A DNA stretch of 32,153 nt, from assembly GCA_031411295.1 (NCBI GenBank), contig JANOAV010000111.1:1-32153 (forward strand). Reading direction: 5' to 3'. A program made the position numbers and the translations under genes. The notes beneath the pieces were generated by a model. That model worked only from the letters and a program-made list of their open reading frames with translations. It made no database searches and was not told the origin of the DNA. Positions within the stretch are counted from its first letter, which is position 1. Each line of letters opens with the position of its first letter. This DNA is from Verrucomicrobiales bacterium. Lineage in GTDB: Bacteria; Verrucomicrobiota; Verrucomicrobiia; Verrucomicrobiales; V1-33. This document shows, in pieces, positions 8,692-17,338 of the stretch.

Positions 8692-9812
8692 GGCTTTTGA
8701 ATAATGACTGGACCCGTGCGCGTGGCCCGGATGGTCAGGGGTTTGGACAGGATGGATGCGGTGTAAGTCCCCGGACGCAGGAGGACAATATCTAATCCCG
8801 ATGCACTTGCGGCCGTCACTCCTGAAGCCAGCGTTTTATAAGGTTGCGCGCTGGTGCCGCTTTGGGTCACGCCTGCACTGGCATCGACAAACCGGGTGTC
8901 ACCCGAAGCGGCAAATCCTCGCTGCACGTTAGCGTTATCCGAAACGCGATCCATCTGCAGTTCTGTGAAGACGAAGCGGGTGGGACCGAAACGTTCTGCA
9001 TCCGTCAGAACTTTGCTCTGGGCGGGATCATCGTAAAAGAGTTGGTAGTAAGACATCGCGTTGTTAGCGGTGTTGTCCACAAGTTGCTTTTGGGTGGTGA
9101 GGAGCGCTGCATAAGTCTGACCGGCTCCATAGGCATGGGCTGCGATGGCATTGCGCACCACCGCCTCATTGCGTCCCCCTCCTTCAATCAAATCCGGGGC
9201 GAAGTCCGCGAAGGTTTCATCCCAAGTGTGAGGCAACGCAAAATAGTGGCCAAGTTCATGGAGCAGGTTGCCAGCAATCTTATAATTGTTTGTTAGATAA
9301 AATTCCGGAGCGGCGTTATTAGCGATCAAACCGTATCCTGTGATCACTAGTCCGCGGCCACTGGCTGGAAATCGGGCTGAGGACCAGCCCCCGTTGTTTA
9401 CATAGATATTCATTGCCGTGGCACTCCATCCGTATAGTGCCGAGTTAGCGACTGCGGCATTCTCAAATTCAATATTGGCAGCATCACTCGTCACATCGCC
9501 CCCCTTTAGATCTGTATTGTAATATTTGCTGGGGCCGGTGGTGTCGTTCAGACCGCCGATGCGCTTGAAATTTGAGTTGGCGTCGAGGTCCACGAGCCGC
9601 ACCCGGTAACCTCGATTGGTATTGGCTAGCCAACGGTTCATCAAATCGAAGACTTGTCGAAAATTGGCGTCATTCGTTGTTGCGGGCACCGAGCCCGTTG
9701 AAGGATTAACGATGAATTTCACCGAGGCGTTGAGATGGATAAACCCGTCTGGCACTGCGCCCGTGGCGCCTAAGATGGTGCCTAAAACGAGCAGGCAGAT
9801 TAATGGTTTCAT
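8688..9812 (-). CDS. Secreted metzincin zinc metalloprotease (M43/pappalysin-like) with short C-terminal domain
   Basis: Signal peptide, HELGHYFALPH (HExxHxxxxxH) and putative Met-turn NAMSY. The C-terminal FVDAS...GTSAQPYKTL...LRPGTY resembles DUF1565-type starts. Confidence 0.8.
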   Translation of the reverse strand: MKPLICLLVLGTILGATGAVPDGFIHLNASVKFIVNPSTGSVPATTNDANFRQVFDLMNRWLANTNRGYRVRLVDLDANSNFKRIGGLNDTTGPSKYYNTDLKGGDVTSDAANIEFENAAVANSALYGWSATAMNIYVNNGGWSSARFPASGRGLVITGYGLIANNAAPEFYLTNNYKIAGNLLHELGHYFALPHTWDETFADFAPDLIEGGGRNEAVVRNAIAAHAYGAGQTYAALLTTQKQLVDNTANNAMSYYQLFYDDPAQSKVLTDAERFGPTRFVFTELQMDRVSDNANVQRGFAASGDTRFVDASAGVTQSGTSAQPYKTLASGVTAASASGLDIVLLRPGTYTASILSKPLTIRATRTGPVIIQKP

Positions 9813-9837
9813 AAATAGGAAAGTGCTAAAGCTGAAT

Positions 9838-12132
9838 TTATTGAAGCGTCACTAGCACTAGGACCAATCCGGTTCCGCGCTCCAGTCTCGACATCGCCTT
9901 TCCTAGGATGGCACCACGGGCACGTTCCTGCTCTCCGACTTTTTTGGCATGGCCGGGGTTGGCTGAAGTGGTGAGCAAATCTCCGGGCTCAATCGCTCCG
10001 TCGCTGGCGTCCGCCTTCACATACACCCGACCACTGAGCGCCACATGATGATCCCCCTCCATGACTCCTTCTTGGTGAAGTCGCAATCCCGGCTGGACTC
10101 CTCCAGCACCACTGATGATGCCAGCCACTCGGGTGTCGCATTCCTGAGTGCTCAGTTTAAGTTTGCCCGGATTCTCCTCGTCGATGACGACGACGCAGCC
10201 GGGTTCCATCTCATTTGGCTTCATCATTTCAAATGGCTCCGCGACGTCCGCCCCGCCGCGAATGGTGAGCACGGTGGTTGAAAGGGCGCCACCAAAATAG
10301 CCATCGGCGGAGCAAAAGAGCTTCCCTTGGAAATATCCCGCGTAGCCTGTGTCACTTACCCCATTCACGGCCCAGCCGTCGGCTCCATTGGCCACAAATT
10401 TTCCGCCGTAACCACCGCTGGCACCTGCCCCATAAACTCCGTATCCTCCGGCACTGCTTGACTGTCCATAGACTCCAGCGGCCGCTCCACTGCTAGCAGT
10501 GTGATACCCCTGAATGGCATGCTGAGCAGTGTTATTCGTTGCTCCGACGACATAGGGCGCAGATAACGATGCGGCGGCGGTCACGGTGCCGCTTTGCGAA
10601 ACGGACAATCGATTTCCCGTCACCCCACTGTAGATGTGAAAGGAATCACTGGCGCCCGCGCCAGTTGAATAGGCGACCCAGCGCTTTGATTGATCACTGC
10701 GGTTATGAAGGGCGAGCCCGTTGTCCACTCCACTTACTTCCAACTCTCCCGTGCCACCTAACGTCATCAGCGTAGTCCCGCCGACTCCGGCATCGAAGGT
10801 GGTGTCGCTGTGAGTTCCGTCCTTGAACCAGGCAAAATGATTGCCGGTGCGAAAATACTCGGTGCCGATCTGGACGCCAATACCGTATTTATCAAAACCA
10901 TTATTAAAAAGTGATATTAATTCACCAGTGCTGGCCGCAGTGAACACCAGGCTGTTTTTTGCATAAAGACTTGTGTCGGTGGAGACGTAGCCCGTGGCCG
11001 AAATGAGCCCGGCACTAATTTCGCCAATGGTAGAAATCCCCCCCGTCTGACTAATATCCACAACGTTGGCATTAATATTGTTCCAAATGTGGAAACTGTT
11101 AGACACGCCGGTTCCATCGGAGTAAGCCGTCCAATATTTGGCGGCATCTTGGCGATTCACGACACTGAGGCCGCCCTGCGTGCCGATCACTGTTAGAGCG
11201 CCGAGGCTAGTGAGGCGCATTGTTTCTGAGCCAGAGGCTCCCGGATTGTGGGGATCATCGTGATGCACTCCGCCCTTGAACCATGAGAAATCCAAAGCCG
11301 AGCGCTGATAGAGCGTTGAGTTCTGAACGCCGATTGCGTAATCTGCGTTGTAAAGATTTAACATCTGTCTAGGAGTATTTCCAAAACTGATACTGGCGGG
11401 ACTCTGCATCGCCAAATTCCCCGTGAGGATCCCGCCCGCCGTGCCGAGAAAAGCCGTCGAGTCCAGACCATCCAGCAAGTCACTATTCAAACTCGTCACT
11501 TTGGTGGTATTCAACATGGCACCACCACTGCGTTGAAGGAAGGCGGTCGAGTCTAGGCTATCCAGCAAGTCTGCATTGAGATTCACGACCTTGCCGGTAT
11601 TTCCCACTGCAAACGGCGTTCCGGCGGCATTGAACGTGAGCGTATTCGTCATGGTGCCTGCGGCCAGAACGTTTGGATTAATGGTGCCGCTTAGTTGGGA
11701 CGTGGGCACGGAGCCTGTGACAGTGGTCGCACTGGCGGCCAGATTCGCCCGCATGGCATAGGGTGTAGCGGTCACTGGTTGGCGGGGGGTAAGGGGGACG
11801 TAGGTTAATCCAGCCACATCGGGATCATCCACGCCGATCTCGATCCAGCGGTTGCCACCATTAAAGACGCTCGCGGGCACTGCGGCAAAGGTGACGGTGA
11901 ATTCCCCATTCGTGACCGCATAAGCTCCAAACGTGGAGGCAAGTAAGTTTCCGCCCGACACGGCATCCATGATTTTAAGCTGCATCAGAGCCGTTCCCGA
12001 ATAAGCTGCCCCATTGCGCTCTAGACGCCCTTGGTAAGTAAACGAATCTGTCTGAGCCTGAGCAGCATTTACACAGAGCCCTAAGCCGAGCAAAGCAGTG
12101 GAGATGAGTTTTTGGAACGCGTTGAATTTCAT
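9838..12132 (-). CDS. Secreted tail-fibre/adhesin-like protein with putative C-terminal autocleaving chaperone domain
   Basis: Signal peptide (AQA), FTYQGRL N-domain, two LN(A/S)DLLD.LDSTAFL repeats, two Y.IGVQ...F.WFK.G.H.D repeats, a Gly-rich region, and C-terminal GADVAEPF...VALSGRVYVK...PGDLLTTS...GAILGKA. Confidence 0.8.
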   Translation of the reverse strand: MKFNAFQKLISTALLGLGLCVNAAQAQTDSFTYQGRLERNGAAYSGTALMQLKIMDAVSGGNLLASTFGAYAVTNGEFTVTFAAVPASVFNGGNRWIEIGVDDPDVAGLTYVPLTPRQPVTATPYAMRANLAASATTVTGSVPTSQLSGTINPNVLAAGTMTNTLTFNAAGTPFAVGNTGKVVNLNADLLDSLDSTAFLQRSGGAMLNTTKVTSLNSDLLDGLDSTAFLGTAGGILTGNLAMQSPASISFGNTPRQMLNLYNADYAIGVQNSTLYQRSALDFSWFKGGVHHDDPHNPGASGSETMRLTSLGALTVIGTQGGLSVVNRQDAAKYWTAYSDGTGVSNSFHIWNNINANVVDISQTGGISTIGEISAGLISATGYVSTDTSLYAKNSLVFTAASTGELISLFNNGFDKYGIGVQIGTEYFRTGNHFAWFKDGTHSDTTFDAGVGGTTLMTLGGTGELEVSGVDNGLALHNRSDQSKRWVAYSTGAGASDSFHIYSGVTGNRLSVSQSGTVTAAASLSAPYVVGATNNTAQHAIQGYHTASSGAAAGVYGQSSSAGGYGVYGAGASGGYGGKFVANGADGWAVNGVSDTGYAGYFQGKLFCSADGYFGGALSTTVLTIRGGADVAEPFEMMKPNEMEPGCVVVIDEENPGKLKLSTQECDTRVAGIISGAGGVQPGLRLHQEGVMEGDHHVALSGRVYVKADASDGAIEPGDLLTTSANPGHAKKVGEQERARGAILGKAMSRLERGTGLVLVLVTLQ

Positions 12133-12376
12133 AATTGGAGGTTGGCTGGGATCAATTGGTGGGCTGGAAAACCACAGCTGACGCGTGGTGCGGCATCGCT
12201 GTAGCAGGCCTTAAAAGATTCTCTGCGGAAATTTAGCGGCGAGTTTCAAAATATTTCTGTGGAATAGAAAATTTTATCATCCGAGGCGCGTGCGAATTTC
12301 AGGATAACCAATTTCGTTGCCGATTACATGCATCCGGGGCTTGCTATGCGCGATAATCCGACTTACTCGCCAGATA

Positions 12377-13129
12377 ATGACATTTCGTATCGTAGCCCTT
12401 CTCACATTACTTTGCGCCGGGAGCCTGTGCGCTTCCGACCAAAACATCCTTTCCCCGGAGGAGAAATCTGCGGGCTGGAAACTGCTCTTCGACGGGCGCA
12501 CTTTGACCGGTTGGCACGGATACCAACAGAAAGAACCCCCGAAGCAGGGCTGGCACGCTGCTGACGGCTGCCTTGTGAACCCCAAAACCAACGGTCGTCC
12601 GAACGGCGGCGGCGGCGATCTCGTCACCGACGCCAAATACCTCGACTTCGAGTTTTGCTTTGAGTGGCGCATCAGTCCCGCCGGGAACAGCGGCGTGCAC
12701 TACCTTATCGACGAGACGCGCCCACCGACTAAACCGCTCTATAGCGGCGACGCTGGACACAGCCCGGTCGGCTTCGAGTATCAGGTGCTCGATGATGATC
12801 TCCACCCCGACGGCAAGCGCGGCCCGACTCACAAGGCTGGTGCGCTGTATGACCTCCTTGCCGCCGAGCAGAACAAGCCCCGGCCCGTCGGCGAATGGAA
12901 CAAAGGCCGCATCATCGTCAACGGCAACCACGTCGAGCACTGGCTCAACGGTGTAAAAAGCGCCGAGTGCGACCTCGACAGCGATGCCTATCGCGCGGTG
13001 CTCGCCAAGAGTAAGTATCATGTCGTCCCGGGTTTCGGCGCCAAGGCGGCAACGCCGCTCGCGTTGCAAGACCACGGCGAGGAGGTTGCCTTTCGCAACC
13101 TCAAGATTCGCGAGCTTCATCCCAAATGA
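12377..13129 (+). CDS. DUF1080 / 3-keto-disaccharide hydrolase family secreted protein
   Basis: Likely start MTFRIVALL with signal peptide. Motifs GWKLLFDG.TLTGW, NSGV, EYQVLDD, GEWN, HWLNG and LQDHG..V.FRNLKIREL. Confidence 0.92.
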   Translation: MTFRIVALLTLLCAGSLCASDQNILSPEEKSAGWKLLFDGRTLTGWHGYQQKEPPKQGWHAADGCLVNPKTNGRPNGGGGDLVTDAKYLDFEFCFEWRISPAGNSGVHYLIDETRPPTKPLYSGDAGHSPVGFEYQVLDDDLHPDGKRGPTHKAGALYDLLAAEQNKPRPVGEWNKGRIIVNGNHVEHWLNGVKSAECDLDSDAYRAVLAKSKYHVVPGFGAKAATPLALQDHGEEVAFRNLKIRELHPK

Positions 13130-13167
13130 CCGCAACGGCCAACAATAAAGCTCGTATTCCTGCGAGG

Positions 13168-13315
13168 AGTTGACGCAACTCTCAGAGCGGAGGCTGATCC
13201 AGCCAGCTACTGCGGCCATGGTTGAGCAAGCCCAAGAGATTCAGAGAAGGAAAGCCCCTCAGGAAATCTCCCGCCCGACAGTTGCCTCCCCGGCAGCTCG
13301 CCAAAAACCCGTTGT
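13168..13315 (+). repeat. Repeat module A plus part of B
   Basis: Matches 1353-1541 but lacks the 40 bp at 1431-1470. Confidence 0.85.
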
Positions 13316-13381
13316 AAAGGGTTGCTTTCTGTGGTGTCACTGGGTATGAAAATGACTCCACTGTCATTAATTTTCATTCCG

Positions 13382-13675
13382 ATGGGCCAACGCTTTAAAT
13401 TTTCCTGCACTAAGTGCAGTTTGCAAGACACTGTATCCGGTCGCTCGGATGCAGGAATACTGTTGGGCACGGTGACCGTTTACTGCCAGCAGTGCGTCCA
13501 GCTGCAGGATCGGGTGGTGCGCGAACTGCGAGGGACCGAGGAACTGGAATATCCATTGGCGTGCAACTTCTCCGAGACGCATCCCGTTTCCCGATGGCAT
13601 TGGACCAGAGGCACTCCGTGCCCGCACTGCGGGGAGGAATTGGTGCGGGATCCGCAGGGGGTTTTTTGGGATTGA
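13382..13675 (+). CDS. Small Cys-rich putative zinc-ribbon protein
   Basis: Likely start MGQRFKFSC; motifs CTKC, CQQC, C...H and CPHCG. Confidence 0.65.
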   Translation: MGQRFKFSCTKCSLQDTVSGRSDAGILLGTVTVYCQQCVQLQDRVVRELRGTEELEYPLACNFSETHPVSRWHWTRGTPCPHCGEELVRDPQGVFWD

Positions 13676-13723
13676 AGTCCAGTGCCGGATTGACTGGAGA
13701 TTATTGCATCTGGGTATTTGGTG

Positions 13724-13754
13724 TTGACGTAACCGGGTTACAATCGCGTAATTT
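13724..13754 (+). promoter_or_regulatory. Candidate sigma70 promoter with overlapping palindrome
   Basis: TTGACG (13724-13729), 17 nt, CGTAAT. The inverted repeat GTAACC-G-GGTTAC (13729-13741) overlaps the spacer, upstream of the glycosylation operon. Confidence 0.35.
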
Positions 13755-13802
13755 TACCAAACAAAGTTTGCCCCTCGGTTGATTCCAGCCAAATAGAAAG
13801 CC

Positions 13803-15875
13803 ATGAGTTCCAGTAGTCCAACGTCACTCCAACCGGAGACCGCCGCTCCCACTGCCTCCGGCGGATGGGCAAAATACCTGCGCTGGGGTTTGGTCCTGCT
13901 GCCATGGCTGATCTCCGCTTGGCTGGTGCACAAGTATGCCTTCAATCAACGGATCATGGATGACTGGTGGCTGGGGGAGGATTTGGTTAAATTTAAAGCG
14001 GGAGAACTAACCATCACTGACTTGCTGGGGGTGCAAATGGAGCACCGGATTTTCGTGCCGCGGGTGCTGGCGCTGGCGCTGGGTCTGGCCTTCCAAGGGG
14101 ATATGCGGGCGCTCATGGGGTTGACGATGTTGTTGTTTACCCTGGAATATGTTTTTGTGGTGTGGCTGTGGTTCCGCCGGACGGATTTGAAGGTTTGGCC
14201 GGCCACGGTCGGGTGCTTCGTGAGCGGCTTATTGCTGCTGAGTCCGATGCAGTTCCAGAATTTCCACTTTGGGATTTGTTTCCTCACGGTGCTGCCGGTG
14301 CTGAGTCTGGCCGGGGTATTCCGGATCATGCAGACGAGCTGGCCAGACTGGGTGCGCCTGCCGCTGTGTTTGGTCTGTGCGTGGGTGGGGATGCTGAGTT
14401 TCTCCCCGGGGATGATGACGTGGGCGCTGCCGTTGCCAGTGTTTCTCTGGAGCGCTCAGATGAAGGGATCGTCTGCGCGGAAGCGCTTCATCGGGGCTTG
14501 GCTGCTCATCTGCGTGGTGTCGTTTGCGCTCTATTTCCACAATTTCAAGAATGCGGCCCCGCCGGCTTACGCCTATGGGCAGACTGGCAATAATGTGCTG
14601 GCGTCAGACACGATGTATTTCATGCACCACTTGGGCGAGGCCGTGGGCTTCTGGCTGCGCTGGCTGGGGTCCTATCTGTCCCATGGGCTGCATTGTTCGC
14701 AAGCCACGGCCGCCTTGAGTTTCGGAATTCTGGAAGTCAGTCTGCTGCTGGGATTGGTTATTTATACGCTGAGACATTGGGCGGATGAGGGGCTGCGGAA
14801 GAAGCTGGTGCTCTGGATCTGCTACGGCTTATATAGCTGTGGCACGGGGGGGATGATCATGGTGGGGCGGCTCTGGATGGAACCGCATGAGGGCACCTCG
14901 CTGAATCTGCGCTATCATGTCCATCAGGTGCCGCTGCTGGTGGCCTTGCTGGCGGGTGGCTGGATCGTGGCCAAGCATTGGCTGGCAAACCGCTCCCGGG
15001 AACGGATCGTGGTCTGGGCGCAGTTCGGCTATGCCTGTCTGGGCGGGCTGATGGTGCTGCAGGTGCTGCAATGGATCTACGGTTCCGAACTAATGGCGCT
15101 GTGGCGGCAACGCCATGTGCAGGATGCGCTGGTGCAGAAATTCCTCCCGCTGAGTCAGGAAAATTTCTATGCCAATAAAATTTCCGGGGACTTCGACTAT
15201 GGGAAGAAGGTGGCCATCGGGCTGGAGAAATTGGGCTATTTGGACAAATTCTTCACGACAGATGCGCTGGATCAATTCAAACGGCAGCGGCTCCCGGGAG
15301 CACCAAATTTCGCAGCCTTTAATCGGCTCTGGAAAACCCCGGATGGGACGTGGTGGGTGGATGGATTCTCCCTGCTGAAGCGGGATCTCAGCCGAGGACG
15401 TGTGGAAGCCAATGAGGAGCGGAAGGATTATCGTGAAGCGGACCGGGAGCATCTCCCCTGTGATCTGATTCTCCTGACGTTCCGCAAGACTCCGCAGGAT
15501 CCCTGGCGGATCTTCGGCTATACTCCGACGGTGGCGGTGCCTTTTCCCATTCATGAATGGTATGAGAAGGATCTGGGTGGAATTGTTTACCACACCTGGC
15601 CCTGGCCCCGGGCGATGAATGGAGCTTGGGGATCAGAGGTGGGCCTGATGAGCGAACCGCCGCCTGACGCAGAAATCTCCGCGTGGTCCTTGGATTATGA
15701 TGGTCTGAAGGTGCAACGGATTCCGTTTGGCCCCGCGTTCGCCCCCAGCAAAAATCCTGGATCGGTTCGGGACTTGGAGGCCGTGCGGTTGCCGGACCTG
15801 ATGCGCGGATTCATCACTGATCCAGCAGTGTCGGCCCCTGCTGCTACCACCCCCAGCCCGACCCCGCCACCATGA
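13803..15875 (+). CDS. Multi-pass membrane protein, putative GT-C-type lipid-linked sugar transferase
   Basis: About 10-12 hydrophobic helices, an early loop with MDDW...QMEHRIFVPR, and a soluble C-terminal domain. ATGA overlap with the GT2 gene. Confidence 0.65.
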   Translation: MSSSSPTSLQPETAAPTASGGWAKYLRWGLVLLPWLISAWLVHKYAFNQRIMDDWWLGEDLVKFKAGELTITDLLGVQMEHRIFVPRVLALALGLAFQGDMRALMGLTMLLFTLEYVFVVWLWFRRTDLKVWPATVGCFVSGLLLLSPMQFQNFHFGICFLTVLPVLSLAGVFRIMQTSWPDWVRLPLCLVCAWVGMLSFSPGMMTWALPLPVFLWSAQMKGSSARKRFIGAWLLICVVSFALYFHNFKNAAPPAYAYGQTGNNVLASDTMYFMHHLGEAVGFWLRWLGSYLSHGLHCSQATAALSFGILEVSLLLGLVIYTLRHWADEGLRKKLVLWICYGLYSCGTGGMIMVGRLWMEPHEGTSLNLRYHVHQVPLLVALLAGGWIVAKHWLANRSRERIVVWAQFGYACLGGLMVLQVLQWIYGSELMALWRQRHVQDALVQKFLPLSQENFYANKISGDFDYGKKVAIGLEKLGYLDKFFTTDALDQFKRQRLPGAPNFAAFNRLWKTPDGTWWVDGFSLLKRDLSRGRVEANEERKDYREADREHLPCDLILLTFRKTPQDPWRIFGYTPTVAVPFPIHEWYEKDLGGIVYHTWPWPRAMNGAWGSEVGLMSEPPPDAEISAWSLDYDGLKVQRIPFGPAFAPSKNPGSVRDLEAVRLPDLMRGFITDPAVSAPAATTPSPTPPP

Positions 15876-16678
15876 GCAGTGCCGTCATCCTACGCGAGTT
15901 ATCGCTGATTATTCCCTGCTATAAGGACGCCCCTCACCTGCGGGCGAATACCTTGGAGATTATCCAAGTGCTGGAAACGATCCATGTGGATTGGGAGATT
16001 ATTTTCGTCAATGATGCCAGTCCGGACAATTGTCTGGAAATCATTCAGCGCATGATCGCGCAGGACACGACGGGTCGGTTGCGGTGCGTGAACCATGAGC
16101 AGAACACGGGACGGGGGCGCGCGGTGCATGATGGCATTCTGGCGGCCCACGGGCGGTTCTGTGGGTTTCTGGATATCGATCTGGAAGTCCCGGCCCACTA
16201 CATCCTGCCGATGCTGCTGGCGCTGGGGCACGGGGCGGATGTGGCGTGTGCGCAGCGGGTTTACAAATTGCGCTGGCGCATTCTGCATCGGGCATTTCTG
16301 AGCCGGGGGTATTCGATGGTCTCCAAATGGATGCTGCACAGCAATCTGCCGGATACCGAGGCCGGGTATAAATTTTTCAATCGCGAGCGCATCCTGCCGG
16401 TGCTGGACACATGCCTGGATCGGGGTTGGTTCTGGGACACGGAAATCATGCTGCGGAGTCAAATGGCCGGCCTCAAGATTGAGTGCCCCATGGTGCTCTT
16501 CGTGCGGCGGCCGGACAAGGCGACTACGGTGCGCTTGGTGCATGATATCATTGAATACTGGCGCAGACTCTGGCAATTCCGCGCCAGTCTGCGCAAGCCG
16601 AAGCCTGCGGCAGCACCCATCCCAGCCGTCAATCCCCCCGCCAAAGTGGAATCAACTGAAGGGAGTGGACGCGACTAA
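15872..16678 (+). CDS. Family 2 glycosyltransferase (polyprenol-phosphate glycosyltransferase-like)
   Basis: Motifs SLIIPCY, EIIFVNDASPD, NTGRGRAV, DIDL (DxD), DTEAGYK and WFWDTE. Confidence 0.92.
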   Translation: MSSAVILRELSLIIPCYKDAPHLRANTLEIIQVLETIHVDWEIIFVNDASPDNCLEIIQRMIAQDTTGRLRCVNHEQNTGRGRAVHDGILAAHGRFCGFLDIDLEVPAHYILPMLLALGHGADVACAQRVYKLRWRILHRAFLSRGYSMVSKWMLHSNLPDTEAGYKFFNRERILPVLDTCLDRGWFWDTEIMLRSQMAGLKIECPMVLFVRRPDKATTVRLVHDIIEYWRRLWQFRASLRKPKPAAAPIPAVNPPAKVESTEGSGRD

Positions 16679-17298
16679 TGTCTCCCATCTACCGCAGTCC
16701 TTGGCTTTACCATCGGGTCATGCGCTTGCTGCATGGGCGTCATTTCGCGCAGCGGTATGAAATGCTGGCGGCCGCCGTGCCGGAAGGCAGTCACGTGGTG
16801 GAGGTCTGTGCCGGAGATGCCTACCTCTACCGGCATTTCCTGAAACAACGTCAGGTGACTTACATCGGGCTGGACAGCAGCCCCGCCTTCGTGAAGTCCG
16901 CGCAAGCTCAGGGGCTGGATTTCCGACTGTTTGATGCGCTGCATGATCCCATCCCGGCGGCGGATGTGGTGATCCTCCAGGCCAGCTTATATCATTTCCC
17001 CGACACGGCCATCACCCTGATTCAGCGCATGTTAGACGCGGCCCGCGTCAAGGTGATCATCTCAGAACCAGTGCGCAATCTGGCGCAATCCAAGCATCCC
17101 CTCATCGCTCGTCTGGCGCGCTGGAGCACCCGCGCCCCGGGCGGTCGGGCGGCTCCGCATCGCTATAACGCGGAGTCCTTCCGCGCCCTGGTCGAGCAGT
17201 TCCCGCAGTGTCGCGAAGTCTTCATGGAGCCAGGCGATCGGGAAATGGTGGCCATTTTTGAAAAGCAGTCCACCGCTCCGCCAACTGCTCAGTCCTGA
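16678..17298 (+). CDS. Class I SAM-dependent methyltransferase
   Basis: VVEVCAGDA (motif I), YIGLDSS and ADVVILQASLYHF. TAATG coupling to the GT2 gene. Confidence 0.85.
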   Translation: MSPIYRSPWLYHRVMRLLHGRHFAQRYEMLAAAVPEGSHVVEVCAGDAYLYRHFLKQRQVTYIGLDSSPAFVKSAQAQGLDFRLFDALHDPIPAADVVILQASLYHFPDTAITLIQRMLDAARVKVIISEPVRNLAQSKHPLIARLARWSTRAPGGRAAPHRYNAESFRALVEQFPQCREVFMEPGDREMVAIFEKQSTAPPTAQS

Positions 17299-17338
17299 TC
17301 CATTCACTCCTCCACGACTTCATCCTTGTCTCTTTGTC

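Noticed and set aside
8251..12132. Prophage tail module
   Set aside because: All three proteins have signal peptides, and no capsid, terminase, baseplate or integrase genes are present.
12407..13219. 270-aa minus-strand ORF
   Set aside because: Antisense shadow of the DUF1080 gene.
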